Positions 38,824 to 50,590 of a stretch of 64,000 nucleotides of DNA are shown piece after piece. Each line of letters opens with the position of its first letter. The first letter of the stretch is position 1. Location of the stretch: assembly GCA_951406725.2 (NCBI GenBank), contig OX597814.1, forward strand, positions 129,146,001 through 129,210,000. Direction: 5' to 3'. This stretch comes from Octopus vulgaris (taxonomy: Eukaryota). The notes under the pieces were generated by a model, which saw only the letters and a program-made list of their open reading frames with translations, searched no databases and was not told where the DNA came from. The position numbers and the translations under genes were made by a program.

Positions 38824-39945
38824 ATATTTATATATGGATGATGGGCTTGTTGACCATTTCTGCCAACCAAATTCACTCTCAAACCATTGTAGAAAGGACT
38901 TGCCCAAGATATCTCACAGTGGGACTGAACTTGAAACCACATGGCTGCAAAGTGAGCTTCTTAACCACACAGCCATGCCTACACCCATATATTTTTACTT
39001 TTGAATTTTTACTCTAGAGGGAAGGCAGTGCTTATGACCCTTTACTGAGCCTCTGAAACCTGTGGAAAGGGGAGAGGAATGTATCCTCAAACTGAAGACT
39101 AAGCCTGAATGTTTTCAGCAAAGTGAACTACACTAAAGATACCCAAGAACAATGTAATGTGGTGGTGGTGTTAAACCAGAGGGTGGTTTAATTCCACCAT
39201 CCAAGTAGGCTGCACTGGATTAACCATTAAACAAAATAAGCACATGCTTCGGGCATCAAGGGAAGGGGAGGAGGCACTACAGAAATGATAAATGGCTTAC
39301 AGCACAAAAGAAATCACTTTAAACTTGCTAAAATAATATTTGAGATGCCTTTATGTGTTACCTAAGATTAATTTTGAGGATCTGACTTTGCAATTCAAAA
39401 AAGTAGGTGGAACCTTTTCAAATATAAATAAAGTGGAAGTATACTAAAATAAAGATTATTTTTGTTTTGAAAAATGAAATTTTATTTTATAGTTTGTTAT
39501 TGTTTATATTTTGAATTACATTCATAAAATAAGGATAAAAATCGCGTTAATGATAATTATCAGGCAGTCAGCATGGAAATAGGCAGTTTATATATATACA
39601 TACATACATGCATATATATATAGGCGTAGAAGTGACTGTTTGGTAAGTAGCTTGCTTCTGAACCGCATGGTTCTGAGTTCAGTCCCACTGCGTGGCACCT
39701 TGGGCAAGTGTCTTCTACTATTGCCTTCGGGCTGGAACTTGGCACAGCACTATGGATCAGCAGATCCTATCAAGCTGTTCAGTCCATGTCAGCATGGAAA
39801 ATGAACATAAATGATAATGATGATTAAAACTGACAGAATTGTTTGTGCATTGGACAAAATTCTTAGCGGCATTTCTTCCAGATATATTCATTCTGAATCC
39901 AAAGTTTCCGAGGTTGACTTTGTCATTCATCCTTTTGGATTTCAA

Positions 39946-40177
39946 GGCGGCGAGCTGGCAGAAACGTTAGCACACCGGGCAAAATGCTTAGCGGTATTTC
40001 GTCTGCCGCTACGTTCTGAGTTCAAATTCCGCTAAGGTCGACTTTGCCTTTCATCCTTTCAGGGTCGATTAAATAAGTACCATTTACGCATTGGGGTCGA
40101 TATAACAGACTTAATCCGTTTGTCTGTCCTTGTTTGTCCTCTCTGTGTTTAGCCCCTTGTGGGTAGTAAAGAAATAG
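39946..40177 (+). mobile_element. Full-length family B SINE nested in an older relative
   Basis: Complete head to gaaatag tail. TSD-like ggatttcaa / ggattcaa. Confidence 0.9.
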
Positions 40178-40624
40178 GATTCAATAAAATAAGTACCAGT
40201 TGAGCACTAGGAGTCCTTCCCTGAAAATTGCTGGCCTTGTGCCAAAATTAGAAAGAATTATTTTAAAGACACTGATACCACATCAGTAATGATGAGTTCT
40301 ATGACTTCAATAACAACAAAAATTTTCACACTTCAAAGCTGAATAAAGCTTTTTATCATAAAATACAAGTTTTTTTCTCATCCCCACCACTCCCTATTCA
40401 CTTAGTTATTTCTGAAAAGCTGTCAGTAGAATTGAACATAAAGTAAAAACACACTAAGCTGCTTTTGTTTCTTGTAATATTACCTTACTGCATTCATAAA
40501 GTATAATATTTTCATTGGTAATGACAAGTTTGTTTTCATTCATTTTTCTGCTTTGTATTTTACTCAATTGATAACTTGCTATTTATCAAAAGTTTTTTTT
40601 TTCTTTTTTTCATCCGTATTACAG

Positions 40625-40696
40625 AATGATTTTATGATGTGATTGTTTTGTCCAAGACTTGTTTTCTCTTATATCATAACTACACATTTCAATAAA
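40625..40696 (+). other. Candidate minimal terminal exon (phase 1 gives E*) with a nearby poly(A) signal
   Basis: Long T-rich acceptor ...catccgtattacag, TGA at 40627-29, AATAAA at 40691-96. Confidence 0.3.
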
Positions 40697-41047
40697 CATT
40701 AAGTGTGTACAAAAAAAACAATTCTTTTCTTCAACATTTCCTCTCTCCTACTGCATTAAAATGCAGGAGATTACTTTGTTAGTTGTTAAATCCCAGCCAG
40801 TTTTAATATAGGTCAGATCTTATTGAGTGGACTATTCATGACCACCCCATCTTATTGTATATGAGTAACAAGATTGTCCAATCTTTCCTTCTCTTTTTAA
40901 GATGGTCGAGTGTGATTTTGAGTGAATTTGGCTTCTATTTCTAGTAGGTCATGCAACTGTATAAGAGTTATTTTGTTAGCTCATGTTAAAAGGGTTATAT
41001 ATTCCCTAGTAATTTATATCCCATCAGATCCTTAAACCAAGCAGTAA

Positions 41048-41081
<34 letters not shown>

Positions 41082-41569
41082 ATATATACATAAAAAAGCA
41101 GATAAACAAAGCTTGATGAGTATGTTTACAAGGAGTACAAATAAACAAAAGGCATTATATAATAGTCATATTTTTTAACATTTGTTTCAGGGGAACCATG
41201 GCTTACACCTTAACCACATCTATTATAAAATAGAGACTCCTAATGGAGCAACATGAAATTTTGTAGATCTGTAAGACAAAGCCATGTTACCCCCATCAGG
41301 AGAATCTGGTTAAAAGGTTAATGCTTTACTTTAAGGCATCTGCTTACTTATTCATATTGCTTTGAATCAACCATGCATTATCTTGTAGCTAAGACATTTT
41401 CATGATGTGATTATTTAGTTTTAGAAAGACATTGTAGGTTATGTGTGAGAGGCTAGATATGGCCAGTTTTAACATAAAACTGGTAGAATATTTAGGCCGG
41501 ATATGGCCTGTTTCAATGCTCAAGGGTTAAGACACTAAGCTGGCAGATTGGCAGAATCATTAGCATATA

Positions 41570-41965
41570 GGCATAGGAGTGGCTGTGTGGTAACTAGCTT
41601 GCTTACAAATCACATTGTTCTGGGTTCAGTCCCACTGCATGGCACCTTGGGCAAGTGTCTTCTACTATAGCCTCAGGCCGACCATAGTTTTGTGAGTGGA
41701 TTTGGTAGACAGAAACTGAAAGAAGCCCGTCGTATATATATATATGTATGCGTGTGTGTATATGTTTGTGTGTCTGTGTTTGTCCCCCCAACATAGCTTG
41801 ACAACCAATGCTGGTGTGTTTACATCCCCATAACTTAGCAGTTCGGCAAAGAGACTAATAGAATAAGTACTAGGCTTACAAAGAATAAGTCCTGTGGTCA
41901 ATTTGCTCGACTAAAGGCAGTGCTCCAACATGGCCACCTTCAAATGACTGAAAGAAGTACAAGAG
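41570..41965 (+). mobile_element. Full-length family A SINE
   Basis: ggcataggagtggctgtgtgg head through gactgaaa tail. Confidence 0.88.
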
Positions 41966-42010
41966 ATATCAGTAAAGATTCTTCATGACATTTCTTCTGC
42001 TTTTAGCCAG

Positions 42011-42330
42011 AATCTCCTGATGAGAGTAACATAACTTTGCCTCATGGATCTATTAGAATTCATGTTAATCCATATACCTACAACATTATGAGTCTTTATT
42101 AAACTCTAGATATGTTCATAGCATAAGTCATGGTTCACCTGAAACAGCAGTCGTGTTGCATTATTTGTTTTGTTTATTTGTATTCCATGTATGTATACTC
42201 ATCAATCCGACTTGTGCTTATCAGCTGTTTTATTTCTGTATCCGCTCAACAAAGATCATTCTTAGAGTAAACTTTCTACACTGAGTCACTTGTCCTGGAT
42301 GAAGGAGTTGGAATTTATTTTCTCATTTAT
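42011..42330 (+). mobile_element. Penelope-like terminal-repeat remnant with a degenerate hammerhead
   Basis: CTGATGA at 42017-23 and GAAAC-agca-GTC at 42141-52, separated by a long helix-II region. Confidence 0.4.
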
Positions 42331-42397
42331 AGTACAAGATGCATGCACACACACACACATGTTTGTGTCTGTACGTGCATCTAGGCTGACCAATTAT

Positions 42398-42810
42398 TCT
42401 TATGTCTTATTTCTTTATTACCCACAAGGGGCTAAACATAGAGGGGACAAATAAGTACAGACAAAGGGATTAAGTCGATTACATCGACCCCAGTGCATAA
42501 CTGGTACTTAATTTATTGACCCCGAAAGGATGACTGGCGGAATTTGAACTCAGAACGTAACGGCAGACGAAATACCTATTTCTTTATTACCCACAAGGGG
42601 CTAAACATAGAGGGGACAAACAAGGACAGACATAGGTATTAAGTCGATTACATCGACCCCAGTGCGTAACTGGTACTTAATTTATCGACCCCAAAAGGAT
42701 GAAAGGCAAAGTCGACCTTGGCAGAATTTGAACTCAGAATGTTACGTCAGACGAAATACCACTAAGCATTTCACCTGACATGCTAACGATTCTGCCAGCT
42801 TGCCACCTTT
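42398..42810 (-). mobile_element. Family B SINE tandem dimer, single insertion
   Basis: Junction gaaatac|ctatttc at 42575/42576. 12-bp TSD ctgaccaattat at 42386-42397 and 42811-42822. Confidence 0.9.
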
Positions 42811-43274
42811 CTGACCAATTATGAGTGAATTTGATATGAACTGTGTGGTTTGAAATCGGATTGCTTATGTGTGTGTTTGTGTGTGAGTGTGTGCATGCAT
42901 TCTTAATTTTTTTCTCTCAACAAAAATAATAATATTGAAAAAACACTTTAGAAGACTGCGTCTTTTAGATACACAAGAAACCTGTTGTTACCAATAACCA
43001 ACAGCTGCTCATACCTTTCTTGTTCCTTCTGTTAACATGTTTGGTAAAAACAAAGGATTTTTTTCTGTTTCTTTTATGGAAGAATATGAGAACATTGACA
43101 ATAAAGTGGTGTGTCAACTGTCTTACTGAACTCCAAAATGATAAAACAGATGGTTAAACCAACTGCAGTCCTAATAGTTCAGGCACATAGATATATACAC
43201 ACACACATATACATACAGATAGCACATATATATAAACATAGTCAGAACCATAGATAGTTGCATTTATAAAACTA

Positions 43275-43651
43275 CTAGCAGTATCGCCCGGCGTTGCTCA
43301 GGTTTGTAAGGGAAATAACTATAAAGCATTTTTAGAGAGTTATAGCCAAAAAATAGCAAAAAAATGGGGAAAAAATGATGGTAAATTTTTTTTTTTAGTT
43401 AAAAAAGGTGGAGTTGTGTCCCCTAGACAGTTTGCGGTTTGTGTTTCTGATTCTCGACCCCATGTCGAATTTATCGATTTTTTTCAGAACTGGGGGAACT
43501 TTTCAAAATTTTCGCTGCGTTAGTTTTGAATTATGACATTGGGCTATGTGTGTGTCAAGTTTCATCAGAATCGGTTGAAAGCCGTGGTCAGGGTGAGGGT
43601 ACAAGCAAACAGAAACACGCACAGACAAACTGCCGTTTATATAGAGAGAGA
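43275..43651 (-). mobile_element. Non-autonomous Helitron
   Basis: Minus strand A|TC...GC-rich subterminal hairpin...CTAG|T. Internal aagtttcatcagaatcggttg and acagac motifs are typical of short Helitrons. Confidence 0.8.
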
Positions 43652-44162
43652 TTTTTGAGCTAGTATTATAATAATGCTGCAGAAGAGAATGTGACATTTT
43701 CTAGCAAATCCCCATTTAATTGAAACACATTAGTTTGAGTTATTTTTTACTGCTAGCAACTATAAATTTACTAGAGAGACAAATACAACAGCAATGATAA
43801 TAATAACAACAACTATATCTCTTTATGTCAAGGCAACATTATAAAATATCAGATACTAAATAGGGTGTGCCATAGATTACAAATGGTAAGAAATAGAATA
43901 ATAATCATCATCAACAACATCACCATCATCATTCTGATGTCCACATTTCCATGTTTGCATGGATCTGAAGGAATTTGTTGTAGCAGATTTCATATGGCTA
44001 GGTGCCTTTCTTGTCACCAACCTTCACCAGTTTTAAGCAAGGTTATACTTTTCCATAGTTGAATGTTCTTTGAGCCACTTCTTCACTACAGTTCTCACTT
44101 CCTTGTCACTGGGAGAATGTTTGCCTCTCAAACCCTCTTTCATGGGGCCGAAGAGATGATAG

Positions 44163-44309
44163 TATTTTTTATTTTTTTTATTTTATCTAGTTTCAGCTCA
44201 CGAGCTGTGGCCATGCTGGGGCACCGCCATTGAAGAAATAACTTGACCACGACGAGACTCGAACTCACAATCTTCTGATTCGAAGTCAGACGCCTTATCC
44301 ATTAGGCCA
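44163..44309 (-). mobile_element. tRNA-Arg head + 15-nt linker + LINE-type 3' tail (mini-SINE or chimeric retrocopy)
   Basis: Minus strand: tRNA, agttatttcttcaat, ggcggtgccccagcatggccacagctcgtgagctgaaactag, A-rich tail. Confidence 0.75.
44244..44309 (-). pseudogene. tRNA-Arg(TCG) pseudogene lacking the 5' acceptor strand
   Basis: TG GCCT AATGGATA AGGC G TCTGA CTTCGAA TCAGA AGATT GTGAG TTCGAGT CTCGT CGTGGTC A. D and anticodon arms are intact and the T arm has two G-T pairs. The 7 nt upstream cannot pair with CGTGGTC. No CCA. Confidence 0.88.
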
Positions 44310-45574
44310 TGGCACTAAATTGCTATAATCTAAAGTATTGTCCTCAAAGAGATTTTCTAATTGTCGGTGAATGTTGCCACCCAGCAACAAGAAATTCAAT
44401 CACTGCTCTTTGTTTTTGATGTCACTCTAAGGGGGCAGCCATTTTGAATTTTCGTTACCAGTTTAAAAACCTGAAAAGTAAGAAACAAAATATTTCAGAA
44501 TATAAATGATATAATCATTTATTACTGGCAAAATTTTCAGTTATTTTTATCAAAAGCTTCACATGAAGTAAAGAAAATGGCATTACTTTTTGACTCACCC
44601 TCATACGTGCAGACTGGCACACACGTACACACACACACACACACACAGCTTGTTTCAGTCATTGAACTGCAGCTATGTTGGGGCACTACCTTGAAGGATT
44701 TGTTCAAATAAGCCTAGTACTTATTCTATCGGTCTCTTTTGCTGAACCGCTAAGTTACGGAGACGTAAACACACCAGCATCGGTTGTCAAGCGATGTTGG
44801 GGGGACAAACATAGACACACAAACTTAGCTTTTAAGTTTGGTACTTATTTGGTTGGTCTCTAGCCAAACTTCTAAGTTATTGGAACATAAACAAACCAAC
44901 ACTGTCTGTCAAGTTATGGTGGGGACAAACACAAAAAAGACACATACACAATGGGTTTCTATATAATTTCTTTCTATTAAATCCATTCACACAGTATTGG
45001 TTGATCTGAGGCTGTTGTAGAAGACACTTGCCCAAAGTACTGCAGAGTGAGACTGAACCCAGTACTATGTCACCGAGAAGCAAACTTCTTACCACACAGC
45101 CATACCTGCAAATATATGCATAAATAAATAATTTCTCTTCAAAGCATAAAAGAAAGGCCAGACTATAAAAAACAGGAACAACCTGTGTTTAGTATTGGTA
45201 TTATTGGTTGCGGGTATGGTGGAGATGTCGACATTGGTTGTTGTTGGTGATTGGGTGTGGTAGGAGTGATGATGTTGTTTGGGAGTGGTGCTATTGATTA
45301 GAACTGGTGCCAATGTTTGGTTCATAGCAATGGTGATATAGGATTGTTGTTTAGCCCTAGGATAGGTTTGATCATGCAGAGCTTTGATCATAACCTTCCC
45401 AATCATAACCATCCTGTTTGATTTTGTGAAACATATTCTTTTACTTGTTTTCAAAGAGGGAAATTTAGCTGCTATTTCCAGTAATTTAAGAAACCATGCA
45501 GAGGATTTCATGTTTGTTCCAGTGACTAATGGTTGGGTGTGGTGGCCATGATGTGTTAGGGGATATTAATTGTG

Positions 45575-46100
45575 TGTTTTATTATTTCACCTTTCTTTTT
45601 CCTTATTTCTTTCTGTCTTTATATCTATCTCTTTCTTTCTCTCGTCTGTGTCTTTCTTTCCTTCCTTACTTTCGCTTTTTATTTCTCTCTACTTTATCTC
45701 TTCCTTCTCTACTATCTTCCTCCAGCTTTCTTACTTTCTTCTTCTTTTCATTTCATTTTTTTTTTTAAATTCTTTAGACCTTCTTTTATATTATTCTCAT
45801 TTTCTCTCTTGATAATTATCCTTTGTTTTATATTCACCACCACTACCAATACATGTACTTGTATCATGTTAACATCAGCTTTATCCCTTCCATTTTCTTC
45901 CAACCTCCTTCTTACTTTTTCACATTCTTGTTATTTTCCTTTTATCCTTCTTCACTTTCTCTTTACATCTCTCTTTCTCATTCTCTATCCCTCATTCCTT
46001 TAACACTTCCTCCCTTGTTTACATTTTATTTATTCATCCAGTTCCTTTTTTTTGTGTGTGTCATAGCTGTTTCCCTTAATTTTCACTCCTTTTTACCTCT
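45575..46100. repeat. CT-rich low-complexity tract
   Basis: Pyrimidine skew. Source of spurious hydrophobic ORFs. Confidence 0.8.
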
Positions 46101-46309
46101 AATGAACAAATAATTATAATAATAATATAAAGACCCGAAAGTGGAAATAACCAGAATGTGAAAGATTGAAGGCAGAAACCACCCCAATTATAAATAAAAG
46201 GTACTTTAGGAATTTAAACAACCAAAAAAGATGCTGAGTAATACATAACCAAAGCTCCAGACCTTAAAAACATAACAACATACAGAAGTATCACTGCTAC
46301 ATACACATA

Positions 46310-47435
46310 TACTGTATATACTCATGTAAAAGTCGAATGTTTTAGACCATTTTTTAAGGTCAAATTTATGGGGTCGACTTACATGGATACTACTTTTGAG
46401 GGGCTGAAATTCAAGCTAGAATGCAATGCACCGTATCAACAGCAGAAGCCCAACTGACTTTTAAGTGAATAAAAACAAAAGCACAATGAATTTCAGTAAT
46501 ATTACCAATTTTATACATCAAAATACGTGTCCTAATAAATAACAAAATTTATAAACAAGACCATGTAGCTCTCATGTGTAGTTACCAGTAAATGTCCATA
46601 ATGTGGTGTAGAGTTGTTAATCTGGAGCAGAGATTCCCAAAATGTGTTCTGCAAAATCTCAGGATTCCTTAAAAGTTATCAGGGGTTCCATGCTTTTAAA
46701 AATAATGCTGAAGGATTCCGTGGCAAAAAAAAGTTTGGGAACCACTGATCTAGCGATTAACTAAATGTTTTTAGGCTTACAAAAGTCATGCCTTTGTACA
46801 AATTCATACAGTGGTATTTGCTGTTAGTCTGTAAAACACGTTTCATATCATGTAAACAGACAAGCATATGAAGCATGTGTTTATTGTATTTGGAGATGAG
46901 TAAAATATAAAGGTCGCATGGGAACCACTGATCCAGCGATTAATTGAATGTTTTTAGACTTACCAGAGTCGTGCCTTTGTACGAATTCAGACAGTAGCAT
47001 TTGCAAGTGTTCGCCAATAGTGCTATCAGTGTAAACAACGAGTATGATGCATGTGTTTATTGTGCTTCAAGATGTATGCAAGGCTTGCAGCATATCCTGT
47101 GCATACATTTTAGTAATGGTAATGTAGCTTCCATCAACAGATATATAGCACTCACTGGTAAATGGTGTTTTACTATAAGCACTGAGCGTTCCATTGTAAT
47201 TTACTAAGCTTTCCACCTATAGAGCAGGCTACAGTAAGGTAGCCACACAATTTTGTGACAGTGCTATTTCTACATACAGGATAATATGGTATCTTGGCCC
47301 ACAAATGTTGTCCTGTTGTTTGTGAAATACTAGGGTTGACTTTTATATGGGGTCTATGGAAACTTCCCAATTTTTTGGCCAAAAACAAGGGTCGACTTTT
47401 ACATGAGATTGACTATTTCTTGAGTATATACGGCA
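46310..47435. mobile_element. Tc2/pogo-like non-autonomous DNA transposon, about 1.1 kb
   Basis: ta-ctgtatatactca ... tgagtatatacgg-ca TIRs. Repeated subterminal gggtcgactt motifs at both ends. Confidence 0.7.
46628..46747. mobile_element. hAT (Charlie-like) MITE nested in the Tc2-like element
   Basis: cagagattcccaaa ... tttgggaaccactg TIRs. Degenerate 8-bp TSD atctggag / atctagcg. Confidence 0.65.
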
Positions 47436-47634
47436 TATATTATATAGAGTACTTTCAATGCAGTAGAACGCACAATCACAAAAGAACAGTTCTCATACTT
47501 AAGTCATACTGACATCCTTTTGGTTGTTTTAGTGGAGCATGCAAAAAAAAAAAAATTAAATTACTGGAAAGTAATAAGAATAATTTATTCCATTGAAACA
47601 ATAGGTTCTTCCATAAATTTGTAAAATGGCTTGA

Positions 47635-47860
47635 TTAACCCTTTAGCACTTAAACCGGTTGTATCCGGCTCAAATATTCAACCTGTTTTTATATTCAATT
47701 TGGCCAAATTCAGCCTCTCGCACATATCCTACAATGTCATTCTGAAAAATAAACAATTATATTGTCAGAATCTCAAAGTTATGAGATAAGGTAGTATTAA
47801 TTTAAGACAATGTGAATAAATATTATATTTGACAGATTAACCTGAATACTAAAGGGTTAA
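47635..47860. mobile_element. piggyBac-like MITE
   Basis: ttaa-ccctttagca ... tactaaaggg-ttaa. Reverse homolog of 4212-4442. Confidence 0.8.
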
Positions 47861-48623
47861 ACTATTTATGGATCTTGAATTTTACACAATATTTACAAAG
47901 TATTTGTAATGTCTTCTTTGTCACAAACTATTAAATATTTTGAATCTAAAGAGCATAAAGAAGCATTTTATTCATTGTAAGTGCAGGCATGGATGAATGA
48001 TTAAGTTTGCTTTCCAGACCCATGGTTTCAGGTTTAGTCTTACTGCAAGGCACTTTGGGCAAGTGTCTTCTTCCACCATAAATGGATTTGAGAGACAGAA
48101 CCTTAAAGAAACCCACTGTATAAACACGCTTACACATATGTGTAGGTGTGTGTGTATGTGTGCTTGCACACGCACGCACACACACACACACACACACACA
48201 CGTCTCGGCATCAATATTATACAAGTATATTGTTTGTTTGCAGTCAACATCCTTGGCCTTACCGGGAAACAGGTGAGGGTTGGTGACAGGAAGGGCATTT
48301 ATCCATAGAAAATCTGATTCAATGTATTCTGTCTGACCCATGCAAGCATAAATAAGAAGATGTTAAAATAATGATGATGATGAAATTATCCTAGAGGTAT
48401 GGCTTTTGATTTTTCGAGGTCAACTCCTTGATATAGCAGAAAGTAAGCCTGAGGTCAAATTTGCAACAAATTCATAGTCTTGTGAATCAACACTTACAGG
48501 TGATCTACAACTGAAAATGCTATTGTGAACAAGTGCACCATCAGTTGCAGCTATTGGTGAACTGTCTGAGAGCTAAAAGTCATGGGTTCTGGCTTTCCTT
48601 CCTCGAATACTCTATGGTGTTAA

Positions 48624-48855
48624 GGCGGCGAGCTGGCAGAAACGTTAGCACGCCGGGCGAAATGCGTAGCCGTATTTCGTCTGCCATTACATTCTGAGTT
48701 TAAATTCCGCCTAGGTCGACTTTGCCTTTCATCCTTTTGGGGTTGATTAAATAAGTACCAGTGATGCACTGGGGTTGATATAATCGACTTAATCCATTTG
48801 TCTGTCCTTGTTTGTCTTCTCTGTGTTTAGCCCCTTGTGGGTAGTAAGGAAATAG
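48624..48855 (+). mobile_element. Full-length family B SINE
   Basis: TSD gaatactctatggtgt (48605-48620) / gaatactctctggtat (48855-48870). Confidence 0.9.
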
Positions 48856-49089
48856 AATACTCTCTGGTATAAAAAAAAAAGGGGTCAAGAGAGATAAGTA
48901 GAAGAAACTCCAGTGAAAGAGGAAAAGGAAGATGATCTCAGGATGTTGAACCTCATGAAGGAGATAAACAAGGAGGTTTACAACAAGTAACTGAAGTGTT
49001 GTGATGGAGTAAACCCATCCAACATTTACCAATGTAGTAAAAAATAGATGGAGGAGGAGGAGGATTTGTGTTCTACCATGAATATTTGT

Positions 49090-49466
49090 GGTAGTGTAAT
49101 GGCCCAGTGGTTAAGGCAGCAGACTTGTGGTCATAGGATCGCGGTTTCAATCCCCAGGCCGGGCGTTGTGAGTGTTCATTGAGCAAAAACACATAAAGCT
49201 CTACGAGGCTCTGGCGGGGTGGTGGTGAACCCTGCCATACTCTTTCACCACAACTTTCTCTCACTATTTCTTCCTGTTTCTGTTGTACCTGTATTTCAAA
49301 GGGGCCAGCCTTGTCACACTGTGTCATGCTTAATCTCCCCAGTGAACTATGTTAAGGGTACATGTGTCTGTGGAGTACTCAGCCACTTGCACGTTAATTG
49401 CATGAGCAGGCTGTTCCGTTGATTGGATCAACTGGAACCCTCGTTGTCGCAACTGACGGAGTGCCA
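49090..49466 (+). mobile_element. tRNA-derived SINE family F
   Basis: A box tggcccagtggtt, B box ggtttcaatccc. Colinear with 63180-63558. Confidence 0.85.
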
Positions 49467-50049
49467 TGACAGCATGAATATTAGTTTAGGCTCGGGGAAA
49501 GTAACAGGAAGTCACTCAAAATTATCTTCTCTTCAGCTACAACAGTTTAAATAATCTTTTGTTGCTTAGCCATAGGTCTGTTCTGAACAAGCAGAGCTTC
49601 ATTTGTTAATGTTTTGATAGTTATCACACTGAATGAAGACTGGAAATAAATGAAAAGAGAAAGAAAAGAAAATATTTCCAGGTGTTAAATAATGTCAGCT
49701 GCCATAAATCTGTGTTTACCAAGTCAATAAAAGCATATGAATCTTGATAAACAAATAAGTTATGGCACCCAGATGGGTCTAATAAACAGTAAAAGGTAAA
49801 AAATTTGGAGAAATCAGTTCTTTATAGCTTAAAGATAATTTCATGTACTTATGATATTTTCTTCCCATATTTTTTAAAAAGGAAAGCATTTAAATATATA
49901 TGTATTTATTATTTATATGTTGTAACTAATGTGGCTAGATGTTTATGTGAGTTAAAATATATACACTCACAGTATTGAAGAATGTAGTATGTGTGTGTCT
50001 GTGTGTGTATATTATATATACATCATCATCATCATCATCATGTATATAT

Positions 50050-50422
50050 AAGTAGCTTGCTTACGAACCACATGGTTCCGGGTTCAGTCCCACTGCGTGG
50101 CACCTTGGGCAAGTGTCTTCTACTATAGCCTCGGGCTGACCAAAGCTTTGTGAGTGGATTTGATAGAGGGAAACTGAAAAGAAGCCATCGTATATATATA
50201 TATATATATATATATATGTTTGTGTGTCTGTTTGTCCCCCTACCCCAACATCTCTTGACAACTGATGCTGGTGTGTTTACGTCCCCGTAACTTAGCAGTT
50301 TGGCAAAAGAGACCGATAGAATAAGTACTAGGCTTACAAATAATAAGTCCTGGGGGCAATTTGCTTGAGTAAAGGCGGTGCACCAGCATGGCCACAGGAA
50401 AATGACTGAAACAAGTAAAAGA
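50050..50422 (+). mobile_element. Family A SINE, slightly 5'-truncated
   Basis: Standard body and tail. Confidence 0.88.
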
Positions 50423-50590
50423 GATATATATTCTATGATACACATAAAAAGATGATATTTTTTCAAATGCAGAGTTGCTGTTAGAACAGCAGAAGTACTG
50501 GGTAAATTATCCTTACAAGGTGGAAAGATTTGTCAACAACCACCCATGGTTACTCTCTCACTCAATAATAATAATAATAATAATAATAAT

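Larger units (their letters stand above)
44045..44605 (-). mobile_element. Internally deleted mariner transposon interrupted by the tRNA-tail retrocopy
   Basis: TIR-like tatgagggtgagtcaaaaagtaatg. N-terminus MAAPLE*HQKQRAVIEFLVAG and C-terminal YHLFGPMKEGLRGKH..DKEVRTVVKKW. Confidence 0.8.

Noticed and set aside
44244-44316. Functional tRNA-Arg gene
   Set aside because: The 5' acceptor strand is missing (agtgcca cannot pair with cgtggtc), there is no T4+ terminator directly after it, and it is fused to a retro-tail.
45529-46113. Overlapping Phe/Leu/Ser ORFs
   Set aside because: Same low-complexity artefact.
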